A DNA stretch of 64,000 bases from a virus, in IMG/VR virus record IMGVR_UViG_3300026488_000025, positions 15,664-79,663 of that record. One strand, given 5' to 3'. A program made the position numbers and the translations under genes. This document shows, piece by piece, positions 18,709 through 27,974 of the stretch. The notes beneath the pieces were generated by a model, which was given only the letters and a program-made list of their open reading frames with translations, was not told where the DNA came from and did not search any database. Each line of letters opens with the position of its first letter. The first letter of the stretch is position 1.

Positions 18709-18969
18709 TTAACCTATACAGACATATTCTTTTAAATCGCCTTCCACATAAAAATGATAATCTTCATCAGCAATAATGTCCATATTACCATCAAACCGTT
18801 CTACCGAAATCCAACCATTTGGTACTTTTCTGAATCCATTACCTTCATCATCTTTTGCTGTCACTATTTCTAAATCTTGTGGTAGTTCTTGTAGTAATGC
18901 TATCGTATCTTTTACTGTCATTATATTCCTTATATTACTTATAAAAATAAATGTGGTTTGTTTTCGCAA
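18709..18969 (-). CDS. Hypothetical protein (true start probably MTVKD)
   Basis: MTVKD..LQELPQDLEI...DDEGNG, a common small phage protein pattern. Confidence 0.55.
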   Translation of the reverse strand: MRKQTTFIFISNIRNIMTVKDTIALLQELPQDLEIVTAKDDEGNGFRKVPNGWISVERFDGNMDIIADEDYHFYVEGDLKEYVCIG

Positions 18970-19208
18970 ATATCTTTGTATTGGCTGTTTGCTGTTTTAA
19001 GGGCTGTTCTCCATTTTTTCATTTGAACCTTAAATTTTTCTTTCGTTGTACCTTTGTTCTTAGAGGCTACTTTCTTATTGAGGTATGCAATCCTAAGCTT
19101 TAGACCTTCAAAATCTGCTTCTTCTTTTGTGCTGTACCCTCTAGTTTCCCATTTGGATGTGCTTGTCTTGAATGGGTATTTCCAAGCATCGACAATAAAT
19201 ATTTCCAT
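18939..19208 (-). CDS. Small protein with C-terminal KPHLFL tag
   Basis: ORF; shared C-terminus. Confidence 0.6.
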   Translation of the reverse strand: MEIFIVDAWKYPFKTSTSKWETRGYSTKEEADFEGLKLRIAYLNKKVASKNKGTTKEKFKVQMKKWRTALKTANSQYKDICENKPHLFL

Positions 19209-19549
19209 TATTTTCTTCTTTTTCGTTCGATTTCAAAAACATCGTTACCTGAATCGATAAGCAATGTCGTGCTGTATCTGCATCGTTCTTGGTCATTGAA
19301 TTTTAGAGCAACATCCCATTCTTTGATGTAGTTCTTATTTTCTTCGTCCCAAGTAGCTATATCAATCTGAGGTACTACATTCCAGTATCCAGAATCAGTA
19401 AACTTGATTTGAAAAGTCATCTGTAAATCGCCTTTACAATACACATAAAACTTTCTAGCTGTAGATGTATTATTGACACCAAATTCTTCTCTAATATCGC
19501 CTTCAATTTCAATCAAATCGTCGCTTGCGCCATAAATTTGTACTTTCAT
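19208..19549 (-). CDS. Conserved phage hypothetical protein
   Basis: YGASDDLIEIEGDIREEF motif common in phage proteins. Confidence 0.6.
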   Translation of the reverse strand: MKVQIYGASDDLIEIEGDIREEFGVNNTSTARKFYVYCKGDLQMTFQIKFTDSGYWNVVPQIDIATWDEENKNYIKEWDVALKFNDQERCRYSTTLLIDSGNDVFEIERKRRK

Positions 19550-19552
19550 TAT

Positions 19553-19915
19553 TTATCCTTTAATCTCTAATTCTAATTGTTTGATTTCTTCTTGAAGTTT
19601 TTCTACTTTGTATTCACAAGAAGCTTTTCTTGCCTTTAGTGATGCTACTGCTTTATCTGCATCAGAAACTTTGCGTGTCTTAATATACTCTATTAGTATA
19701 GGTCTTAATGGTTCAATAGTCTTATCCATCGAATCTTCATCTACTGTGATTAATACGCAATCTGCATATATTTTAAGTAATGCATCATCTTTGTGTTGAG
19801 AAAAGTGTCTTTTGAGATAACCTAGAGTACTCCAAGTTTTACCTTTTTTAGTGAAAGTAACCCACATACCACCAGTTGAAAATTTATCATCTAAATTTTT
19901 TACTTTAATAAACAT
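19553..19915 (-). CDS. Hypothetical protein
   Basis: FSTGG...FTKKGKTW...LKRH; downstream of early promoter. Confidence 0.55.
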   Translation of the reverse strand: MFIKVKNLDDKFSTGGMWVTFTKKGKTWSTLGYLKRHFSQHKDDALLKIYADCVLITVDEDSMDKTIEPLRPILIEYIKTRKVSDADKAVASLKARKASCEYKVEKLQEEIKQLELEIKG

Positions 19916-19968
19916 TTTATATCCTTTTATATTATATGTATTATAACATATAAGACCTTAAGGCCTTA

Positions 19969-20196
19969 TTAAGAATATATGTTTTGGTTGTATGGTTTAG
20001 GGTTGGATTTAGAGAGTTCGAGGTTCTCTTCGCTCAAGTCTATGATTACTTGGCTGTATTGTAGAAGAAGAGTGGTTAGTAGTTTTACATCATCACCCGT
20101 TGTATTTTCGAAATCGAGTTCATCGAATTCTTCTTTCATACTACCTAAGGTAGCTTTAAGGGTATCAATGAGAGCCCTATTGATAGGGACAATCAT
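19969..20196 (-). CDS. Hypothetical protein
   Basis: Coupled to clpX stop. Confidence 0.45.
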   Translation of the reverse strand: MIVPINRALIDTLKATLGSMKEEFDELDFENTTGDDVKLLTTLLLQYSQVIIDLSEENLELSKSNPKPYNQNIYS

Positions 20197-21446
20197 TATT
20201 CAGATTCCTTCGTTTTGAACTTACCTCTACTGTAATCCACATTAAGTGATTTACCTTTGAATTCGTTGATATTATACATCGTGTCTAGCATAATCGATTC
20301 AAGAATCGTTCTAAGGCCACGAGCTCCTGCCTTTTGTTCAAGTGCCATATCAGCAATTTGGTCGATACTTTTTTTACTGAAACCTAAATCTACATCGTCC
20401 ATTGTGAATAATGTTTTGAACTGTGAAATAATGTTGTTGCTAGGCTCTGTTAAAATTCTAACCATTTCTTTCTTTGTAATCATTTCTAATTCAGTATGGA
20501 TTGGGAAACGACCCATTAGCTCAGGAATCATACCATAAGCAATAAAATCTTCATTCGTTACTGATTCTTTTTGAGTTTTTTTCTTATCATCAAAATTATA
20601 ACCAATAACATCATTGTCCTTTAGTCTTGCTTTAATAACATCATCCATACCATCGTATGCACCAGCACAGATAAACAGAATATTTGTAGTGTCGATTTCT
20701 ACTGTCTTACCTGCATTAGGATTTGATTTGTTTCTATCGATAGGAACCTGAACCTTAGAACCTTCTACTAATTTAAGAAGCTCTTGTTGTACACTAGCAC
20801 CACCGACATCACGACCACGACCACCAGTCTTAGCAATTTTATCTACCTCATCGATGAATACGATACCACGCTCACACGCTGCGATGTCTTCGCCCGAATC
20901 TTGATACAATCTATACAGAATACTAGAAACATCTTCTCCGACATAGCCAGACTGTGTTAATGATGTGCTATCTGTAATAGCCATTGGAACATTTAGTGCC
21001 TTAGCAATCGTTTGTGCAAGTAATGTTTTACCTGAACCAGTGGGCCCAATCATCAAGATATTTGATTTTTGTACATACTCGCCTGTCTTAAGCTTGAGTA
21101 ATCTTTTGTAGTGGTTATATACAGCTACAGCAAGAACTTTTTTGGCTTGATTTTGACCTATAACGGCCTCATCTAATGTATTTTTTACTTCTACTGGAGA
21201 GAATACATCCCAATCGATTAAATCAGTGCTTTCTTCTGGTGTATCAGAAAAAATATCCATATCTTTTGTACCGAGAACATCTGATGCAACAGCTACACAC
21301 GATTTACAAATACTGACATCATCAGCTACGATGATAACATTTTCTTTTGTTTCTTTTTGTTTACAGAAACTACACACTTTTGTTTCGTTCTCTTTGCTTT
21401 CTTTACTCATTAATCTCGTCCTTTTCTTTTCTAATTGATTCACCAT
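20196..21446 (-). CDS. clpX: ClpX-like AAA+ unfoldase
   Basis: CSFC zinc domain, VIGQ, KSNILMIGPTGSGKT, GYVGEDV, IDEVDK, PELMGR, GARGLR. Confidence 0.92.
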   Translation of the reverse strand: MVNQLEKKRTRLMSKESKENETKVCSFCKQKETKENVIIVADDVSICKSCVAVASDVLGTKDMDIFSDTPEESTDLIDWDVFSPVEVKNTLDEAVIGQNQAKKVLAVAVYNHYKRLLKLKTGEYVQKSNILMIGPTGSGKTLLAQTIAKALNVPMAITDSTSLTQSGYVGEDVSSILYRLYQDSGEDIAACERGIVFIDEVDKIAKTGGRGRDVGGASVQQELLKLVEGSKVQVPIDRNKSNPNAGKTVEIDTTNILFICAGAYDGMDDVIKARLKDNDVIGYNFDDKKKTQKESVTNEDFIAYGMIPELMGRFPIHTELEMITKKEMVRILTEPSNNIISQFKTLFTMDDVDLGFSKKSIDQIADMALEQKAGARGLRTILESIMLDTMYNINEFKGKSLNVDYSRGKFKTKESE

Positions 21447-21813
21447 TTTGTAACTTAATAATATTGGCTCTTAGTTTCATTCCACCAAAGATGTGTAGAA
21501 CATAAAAGAAGCTTAATACCGGGTAACCTAATCCTGCTAACATAATAAACACTAAAGTATCTAAAGTGCAATCGAACCACAAAGGCACTGATAGTTTCCA
21601 TTCATTGTCTGCTTCGTATATTGTTTCAGCTAGTACTGGTACACTACCAAAAGTACCAGCTAATGCTGTTAGCCAAAACACAAAAATAGATACAGCAACG
21701 AACCCGCTAATATCGTAAACTGTACCAACTATTAACAGGCTGATTAATATTGTATTTGTTGCAATGTATTTAATCATCCTAGTAGCATCTGAAATATTCT
21801 TCGTTCTTTCCAT
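21403..21813 (-). CDS. Membrane protein
   Basis: Several hydrophobic segments. Confidence 0.55.
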   Translation of the reverse strand: MERTKNISDATRMIKYIATNTILISLLIVGTVYDISGFVAVSIFVFWLTALAGTFGSVPVLAETIYEADNEWKLSVPLWFDCTLDTLVFIMLAGLGYPVLSFFYVLHIFGGMKLRANIIKLQNGESIRKEKDEINE

Positions 21814-21849
21814 TGATTCTCCTTACTTCATATTATATCGTAATATAAC

Positions 21850-22338
21850 TTAATATTTTATTAAATCTTTGATAGGTTTACAATCTACACCTACTGAATT
21901 AAGCAATTCTACGCCACTCAAATCTCTGTATGCTTCATCATAGATAACCTTAACGATTCCTGATTGTTTCATTAATTGAGCACATTCAGTACAAGGACTA
22001 TATGTGACATAAACAGTACAACCTTCTGTGGCAATACCGTTTTTAGCACAAAAAGCAATTAAATTCTTCTCTGCGTGTACGACATTTGGGTTACTGATAA
22101 TACCTTTACCTTGGCACGATTCGCATCTTCTTTCTTCATAAGATGATACTGTACCTGAACCATTACAGTCCAAACAATCTTTCTCACATTTGTTATCTGT
22201 ACCTGATATAGTACCATTATAACCTACACTAAGAATTCTACCATCTTTTTCAAGAACAGCACCTACTTTTTTTCTAATACACGAGGACATTTCTGCCCAA
22301 ACATAGGCAGTGTCCATCATAGGTTTGATAAATTTCAT
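21850..22338 (-). CDS. dCMP deaminase
   Basis: VGAV, GYNG, HAE, PCTEC motifs. Confidence 0.9.
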   Translation of the reverse strand: MKFIKPMMDTAYVWAEMSSCIRKKVGAVLEKDGRILSVGYNGTISGTDNKCEKDCLDCNGSGTVSSYEERRCESCQGKGIISNPNVVHAEKNLIAFCAKNGIATEGCTVYVTYSPCTECAQLMKQSGIVKVIYDEAYRDLSGVELLNSVGVDCKPIKDLIKY

Positions 22339-22634
22339 TATCTATATCCTTTTCTAGTTAATCTATGCCAATTCGGGCATTCCTTTCTTTTGAAGTGAAT
22401 TTCCCAATATACATTTACGAAATTACCATCACATAACCCTTGAACCATATTCCAATCGAAAACTCTGTTTTTAATATAGAGGTTATAAAAACTTCTATTC
22501 TCCCAATGAACTAATTGAAACATAGTGGGTTCTAAAATATAGTTGTAATATTCGTATCTTTCTTGATTATACATTTCATATCGCTTATAAGCACAATCTC
22601 TATTTCTTGTATAAGTACACTTTCTTATTTTCAT
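22338..22634 (-). CDS. Hypothetical protein
   Basis: ORF with AAGGAG SD. Confidence 0.45.
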   Translation of the reverse strand: MKIRKCTYTRNRDCAYKRYEMYNQERYEYYNYILEPTMFQLVHWENRSFYNLYIKNRVFDWNMVQGLCDGNFVNVYWEIHFKRKECPNWHRLTRKGYR

Positions 22635-22657
22635 TATGCTTCTCCTTATAGCTATCG

Positions 22658-23080
22658 CTAGTCGTTCTTCGCTGTTAATTGGTGAATAAGAACACCAATA
22701 TCAACATTTTCTTGGAACTGCTCTACTAAAAAGTTTTCTTCTTCTTCATCAAGTGGATTAGCTTTAGCCATTTTCTTCAGTTTAGCTAGTGCAGCATTTA
22801 CTTGTTTGATAGCAATACCTTCTGATTTGGCTTCTTTCTTAATCTCGCCTTGAGCTTCTTTAATCTCTTTGATTTCAAGGTCATAAGCTAACATTTGTTT
22901 CGCAAAATCAATAGTGAGATTTTCAGTCGAAACTTCTCTATCTACAATATATTTTTCAACCATTTGGTCTTCTAACGATTTCTCTGGTTTTGTCTCTGGA
23001 ATCGTTTCTAATGGCCCCATACCGTCATTTCCTGTTGTATCGATACTATCGAAAATATCATCTAATCCTAAATCTTCCAT
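22658..23080 (-). CDS. DsbA/GapR-like dsDNA-binding protein (probable start 23080)
   Basis: IKEIKEAQGEIKKEAKSEG..IKQVN pattern; AAGGAG SD before MEDLG. Confidence 0.5.
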   Translation of the reverse strand: MEDLGLDDIFDSIDTTGNDGMGPLETIPETKPEKSLEDQMVEKYIVDREVSTENLTIDFAKQMLAYDLEIKEIKEAQGEIKKEAKSEGIAIKQVNAALAKLKKMAKANPLDEEEENFLVEQFQENVDIGVLIHQLTAKND

Positions 23081-23081
23081 A

Positions 23082-23561
23082 TTAATGTTCTCCTTGAAGT
23101 TTTTGTTTTGTATTTGTGTATAGTGCTGTATCGTTACCGAATTCCCAAAATTCATAAGCAGCGATTAAAGAATCATTATAATGAGGGTGTGTTACACTAA
23201 AGTTAAAGTTAAAGATGACTTTCTGTTTTCTATCATCAAATCCTATACTTGATACATTGTTCATATTAATATAACGATGTTCTCCTAATTCAGGTTCTAA
23301 CCAATCATCTGTAAGATTCGCTACAATAATATCTTCATATACAGAACTTTCATTCTCCTGAATATTCCAATATAAGTAATCAGGCACATCTATACCTGAT
23401 TTAAGTGTACGAGGGTTGTTGAAGTGAAAAATCACTTTATCATTATCTACAAAGATTGTAGAAACATTGTCTAGGTTTACGGGTCGTTGGTCTTTAATAC
23501 TAAATAAATCCATCTTCTCTATCCTCTCATTCTTATAATCTTCTCTGCGATATAAGACCAA
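23082..23561 (-). CDS. Hypothetical protein with internal duplication
   Basis: VNLDNVS..KVIFHFN and INMNNVS..KVIFNFN. Confidence 0.55.
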   Translation of the reverse strand: MVLYRREDYKNERIEKMDLFSIKDQRPVNLDNVSTIFVDNDKVIFHFNNPRTLKSGIDVPDYLYWNIQENESSVYEDIIVANLTDDWLEPELGEHRYINMNNVSSIGFDDRKQKVIFNFNFSVTHPHYNDSLIAAYEFWEFGNDTALYTNTKQKLQGEH

Positions 23562-24019
23562 AAGTAATCACCTTCGATACCATCTTTCATAGCGAATATC
23601 ACAATATCAGAATCAGTTAAAGCCGAAGCGTTATCGTGCATAATAAGTTCATTCAAAATGTTTTTTGTTCCAACAGTATTATTAAATGAAATACTTGCTG
23701 TTTTGTCAATACCAGAAATATCTTGCGTGATACCTTGGCATCTACGAATCATTTCTTTACGGTCAAAATCTTCTCGAGTTTCTTTAGTCTCTGTCTCTCT
23801 TGCAGTCATTTGTTCATCAAAGATTTGGTCGAAGACTTTAGTTAAGTCACCAAATAGACCATTAAATGCATCTGAAGCACCTGGTTTAAAGGTAGTCTTA
23901 GTTTCTTTAACTACATTTTCAGTTTCCGTCTTTACGGTTTCTGCTGTTTTTTTGATTGTTTCTAAAACATCTGTGAATACAGATACTAATTCATCGGGGA
24001 TTTCTATTTCTACTTTCAT
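23519..24019 (-). CDS. Hypothetical protein
   Basis: ORF after early promoter. Confidence 0.55.
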   Translation of the reverse strand: MKVEIEIPDELVSVFTDVLETIKKTAETVKTETENVVKETKTTFKPGASDAFNGLFGDLTKVFDQIFDEQMTARETETKETREDFDRKEMIRRCQGITQDISGIDKTASISFNNTVGTKNILNELIMHDNASALTDSDIVIFAMKDGIEGDYFWSYIAEKIIRMRG

Positions 24020-24062
24020 TATCTTTCCTTTGTGTTGTATTATAACATTCTATTACTTAATT

Positions 24063-24254
24063 TTATTTAACTATTTTGATTTTACCTGAATTCGCAATTA
24101 ACATACCGAATCCTACTAATGCTCCAATAAATGGCATAATAATACCAACGATGTGTACAAACGGGTTCATTTTATATTTCGGTGATGGTTTGAAAAAGTA
24201 ATAAACATTTAAGAACCAACCGTATAATACGATTAAACTAAAAATAACACTCAT
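24063..24254 (-). CDS. Small membrane protein
   Basis: Two TM segments; GW..N...GI..P.IGA pattern. Confidence 0.5.
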   Translation of the reverse strand: MSVIFSLIVLYGWFLNVYYFFKPSPKYKMNPFVHIVGIIMPFIGALVGFGMLIANSGKIKIVK

Positions 24255-24267
24255 AATCTCTCCTTCT

Positions 24268-24561
24268 TTAAATTTGTAGTCTTTGACTTATTATTGTTCT
24301 TCTATCATTTTCGGGAATGTTATGCATATTAATTGTATCAGGTGTATCATTTTCATCACAATATCGAGTCGCGCTAGATAGAGTGTTAAATATACGATGT
24401 CCTGGGACTTCTTTACCCATTTTGGTGTCTTCAAAACAAACAGAAAGAAATTTAATACCATCATCATAGATGTACATTTCTGAAACTGTTTTACAGTCTT
24501 CTGAAGCTATCCAGTATTTTTTGTTTTTAATACCAATCATCTTAATCCTCCCACTCATCAC
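24268..24561 (-). CDS. Hypothetical protein
   Basis: ORF. Confidence 0.45.
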   Translation of the reverse strand: MMSGRIKMIGIKNKKYWIASEDCKTVSEMYIYDDGIKFLSVCFEDTKMGKEVPGHRIFNTLSSATRYCDENDTPDTINMHNIPENDRRTIISQRLQI

Positions 24562-24889
24562 ATTGTTGCATTACATAATCCATTTCTGCTTTTGAACGCA
24601 TATAAGATGTAAGATAGCCGTCAATGTTAGATGCTCCTACTGGATTTGCTGAGTGAATATTCCAAGTAAATGTATCAGGAATAAATTCACCTGACATATC
24701 TAAGTCCATTTCAATTAGCCATTTAACAATAACCATCGAAGTGTCATCACCACCTAAATCGTGGTCCCAACTTATAAAATCAGGACAACCGAAACGAGTT
24801 AAGTACTCAATAGTTTCTTCGCTTGAACGAGTAATTTTGTCAAAAGTTCCTTTAGGATTTCTAATATCATCTACATATAACTTTCTCAT
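24542..24889 (-). CDS. Cyclic-phosphate-processing receiver-domain protein
   Basis: LYVDDIRNP, ISWDHDLG, IHSANPVG motifs. Confidence 0.75.
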   Translation of the reverse strand: MRKLYVDDIRNPKGTFDKITRSSEETIEYLTRFGCPDFISWDHDLGGDDTSMVIVKWLIEMDLDMSGEFIPDTFTWNIHSANPVGASNIDGYLTSYMRSKAEMDYVMQQCDEWED

Positions 24890-24949
24890 CTTTCTCTCCT
24901 TTTAATCTTTATATGTAATATTATAACATAACTTAACTTAAAAACTCCT

Positions 24950-25051
24950 TATAAATAAGAGTATAAGAGATACTACATATACTTTCTAACTCTTAGTCGG
25001 GTTCTTAGAAAGTATATGTAGTGTGAACCCGACTAACCTCACACTCTTATA
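24950..25051 (+). promoter_or_regulatory. Late promoter plus structured endonuclease leader, copy 2
   Basis: TATAAATA 24950; 20-bp inverted repeat 24970-24989/25005-25024; 24993-25004 complementary to 25025-25036. Confidence 0.8.
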
Positions 25052-25073
25052 ATAAAAATATAGGAGTCTTCAA

Positions 25074-25709
25074 ATGACTACACAACAAGAAAATCAAGTA
25101 ACACTATACATAGCAACTCATAACAAAACAGGTCTTAAGTATTTCGGTAAAACAACAGTTTATTTTACTGAAGAACTACTCCAAGAAAAATATCACGGAA
25201 GTGGTAAATATTGGGTTAGGCATCTTAAAAAACACGGTGATGATGTGACTATGGAAATCTATGGTATATATGCATTGGATGAAGTAAAAGAAGTTGCATT
25301 AAAGTTTTCTGAAGAAAACAATATAGTAAAATCTCATAAATGGTCAAACCTTAAGTTAGAAAATGGTTTAGATGGAGGTTCAACTATATGGTCAGAGAAG
25401 TCAAAAATCAAAAATAGTATTAGTCACCTCGGAGTCAAAAATAGTATGTACGGAAAGACTCATTCTTTAGAAACGAAGCTTCTTTTAGGTAAACAGTCCT
25501 CACTAAGAACTCAAGGTTCTGATAATCCAAATGCTAAAAAGTGGAAAGTAACTAATCCAAACGGTATAATATTTATTGTTGAAGGAGGTATTATCGATTT
25601 TTCCAAAAAACATAATTTACCTACTACTACTTTAGCAACAATGGCTAAAGAAAATAGAATAATGAAATCCGGTAAATTAGTGGGTTGGAAGTGTGAATTT
25701 CTTACTTAA
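25074..25709 (+). CDS. GIY-YIG-like homing endonuclease with NUMOD3 motif
   Basis: LYIATHNKTGLKYFGKT, YHGSG.YW, N...ENG.DGG, NSMYGKTHSLETK. Confidence 0.75.
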   Translation: MTTQQENQVTLYIATHNKTGLKYFGKTTVYFTEELLQEKYHGSGKYWVRHLKKHGDDVTMEIYGIYALDEVKEVALKFSEENNIVKSHKWSNLKLENGLDGGSTIWSEKSKIKNSISHLGVKNSMYGKTHSLETKLLLGKQSSLRTQGSDNPNAKKWKVTNPNGIIFIVEGGIIDFSKKHNLPTTTLATMAKENRIMKSGKLVGWKCEFLT

Positions 25710-25879
25710 AGCAGTTATTTGCACCTAAATCTAGTGCTTGAATCTTTCTATTTGCTTCATCTTGTTCAGCTTGTGTACTAGCAAAGACAAATTCCATTAA
25801 TAATTCTCTATACATTCTTTCCTCCTTTTCCTTCTATTTATATGCATATAAATACATCATATATACTTTCGAAACCAAT

Positions 25880-26596
25880 ATGGAGACAATTATGATATTA
25901 GGACCTAGTGTAACGCACAAATTATCTTTAATAAGATTTACTAAACTTGAAGAAGAATGCTTAGAAATACACGGCGACCAATTTAACTATGATTCTTTCG
26001 TATTTACTAATATGAGATTACCGTCCACTATAATATGTAATATATGCAAAACATCATTCGATACATCTATGGACGCTCACATAAACAAAAAGTCTGGATG
26101 CAAAAAGTGCAAATCAACTAAACCTCAGCTAACACTCGATACGATTAAAAAGAGAGTCAAAAAATGTCACGGCGACAAATACACTATACTTAGTAGCGTG
26201 TTTACCGGCATAACAAACAAACTACTAATCAGATGCAACACTTGTAAATCAGAATATCTTCAAGTAGCCGATAGCATAACTAGAGGTATTGGTTGTGCAT
26301 CTTGCAATAAGACTGGTTTTAATGACAATAAACCTGCTACGCTATACTATATAAGTGTAGCTAATACTGCATTTAAAATAGGTATAACTAATAGGACAAT
26401 AAAGGAACGATTTGGTAAAGATTTTAGTAAAATACGAGTTATAGCAACAAAACATTTCGATAAAGGTGTAGATGCTCGTTTAGCAGAACGAGAAATCATA
26501 CTAAAATATAGAGAATGTCGCTATTTAGGCGAAAATCTACTAATGAACGGTAATACAGAATTATTTTATATGGATGTACTACAAGGTAAGCTTTAG
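25880..26596 (+). CDS. Zinc-ribbon (DUF723-like repeat) putative homing endonuclease
   Basis: Repeated HGD.Y...IIC..C...H....GC..C, then LYY..KIGITNR..ER..G.TE. Confidence 0.65.
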   Translation: METIMILGPSVTHKLSLIRFTKLEEECLEIHGDQFNYDSFVFTNMRLPSTIICNICKTSFDTSMDAHINKKSGCKKCKSTKPQLTLDTIKKRVKKCHGDKYTILSSVFTGITNKLLIRCNTCKSEYLQVADSITRGIGCASCNKTGFNDNKPATLYYISVANTAFKIGITNRTIKERFGKDFSKIRVIATKHFDKGVDARLAEREIILKYRECRYLGENLLMNGNTELFYMDVLQGKL

Positions 26597-27664
26597 TAGT
26601 GCTTCCATCCCTTTATATATGTTATTATCTATTAGTGAATTTATTTGTTCTTTGGTGGCACCCATTTTCACTAAATCATTAAAATCTTTTACTTTATGTG
26701 GTACCTTTTTAGGCCACACAAAAACTTTGTGCCCCGCTTTTGCATAATTTATAAGCTCTATTCTAGCTCTATCATCTATATTATTATTATCTAAACAGAA
26801 TATCGGTTCCTTCAGTTCATCAATCCTATCTTTAGATAATTGCGCACCCATCTGAGCTATAGCATTAGGTTTAAAAGTAGAAAGTGTGTCATATACAGAC
26901 TCCGTAATATATACGGGCTCATCTTTTTTAATATTCGACCAATTCCAGACCTTCCAACCAATATTCTCAGGTAGAAGCACCACTCTGAAATCTTTTTTCT
27001 TGAATGCCAATGCTTGAAAGCCGTACCATAGACCGTTTTTCCATTTGAGTGGTATAACGATGTAATCAGGTAGAGAAAACTCTCTAGCATCAAACGCTAG
27101 AGTCCCTAGACTGTATAGCCAATCCTCTTTGGGTTCTATCCCTCGATTTCTCAGGTACTGAACTGCTTCAGGAAAATCTTTGAGATTCGGTAGAGGAATT
27201 TCTTGAACGAGCTTATCAGGCTTAGGTTCTGCTTCTAGCTCTGTCATTTTCTGTGTGATAATGTTATCGATTACCAGAGGGGCGCTTGTGGGTTTGGTTT
27301 CTTTCTCTATCACTAAGCGATTAAAACCTTCTGATTGATTTTCTTTTTTAAACTGAGGAAATAATGAAGGATGATAATCTCTTAAATAAGAATACATATT
27401 TCCAGTATAATCGCAGTTCCAACATTTTATAGCATCGCCATCAAATCCCGATTTCGTGAAAAGGTGTAATCGTTTCTTTGAACGAGAGTGAGCAGAGTCT
27501 CCACAGATATCGCATCTACAAGCATAATCCTGAGGTGTTTCTGTACCTAAATCAGAAGCACTATGAACTAATTTCCAATATTTAACATTAATGGGGTCAA
27601 GTCTTGCCAATAGTTCTCCTTTTTGGGGTTTATAAATACAAGTATAAATAAATTTATATAACAT
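26579..27664 (-). CDS. gp61: DNA primase (true start probably TTG 27610)
   Basis: CRCDICGDS..KKR..CWNC zinc finger; YLRNRGI; Toprim ESVYD and LDN..D; KDFND. Confidence 0.88.
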   Translation of the reverse strand: MLYKFIYTCIYKPQKGELLARLDPINVKYWKLVHSASDLGTETPQDYACRCDICGDSAHSRSKKRLHLFTKSGFDGDAIKCWNCDYTGNMYSYLRDYHPSLFPQFKKENQSEGFNRLVIEKETKPTSAPLVIDNIITQKMTELEAEPKPDKLVQEIPLPNLKDFPEAVQYLRNRGIEPKEDWLYSLGTLAFDAREFSLPDYIVIPLKWKNGLWYGFQALAFKKKDFRVVLLPENIGWKVWNWSNIKKDEPVYITESVYDTLSTFKPNAIAQMGAQLSKDRIDELKEPIFCLDNNNIDDRARIELINYAKAGHKVFVWPKKVPHKVKDFNDLVKMGATKEQINSLIDNNIYKGMEALLKLTL

Positions 27665-27686
27665 TATATCTAAGAGGTACTTAAAA

Positions 27687-27974
27687 ATGATACAAAACGA
27701 AGCTTTACAAGCAGAATTTTCTAAGCTAGAAGCACTAACAACAAAGTCGTATGCAAATCATATTATGATGAACTCATTAAAAATGTTAGGTTCTAAGAAA
27801 TCAGAATCTAAAGATGTGCTTGATGAAAAAGATTATAAGTTATTGAATTCATATAAGTATCCTGATAGATTAATCAAGATGTTAGAACACAACTCTGCTC
27901 GTTTTGAGGCAGAGGGTTCATTTGGTGTGTCATTTGCGAAGTTAGCACTTCAAGGACACGATATTACTTTCTAA
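27687..27974 (+). CDS. Hypothetical late protein
   Basis: Preceded by TATAAATA and GAGG. Confidence 0.5.
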   Translation: MIQNEALQAEFSKLEALTTKSYANHIMMNSLKMLGSKKSESKDVLDEKDYKLLNSYKYPDRLIKMLEHNSARFEAEGSFGVSFAKLALQGHDITF

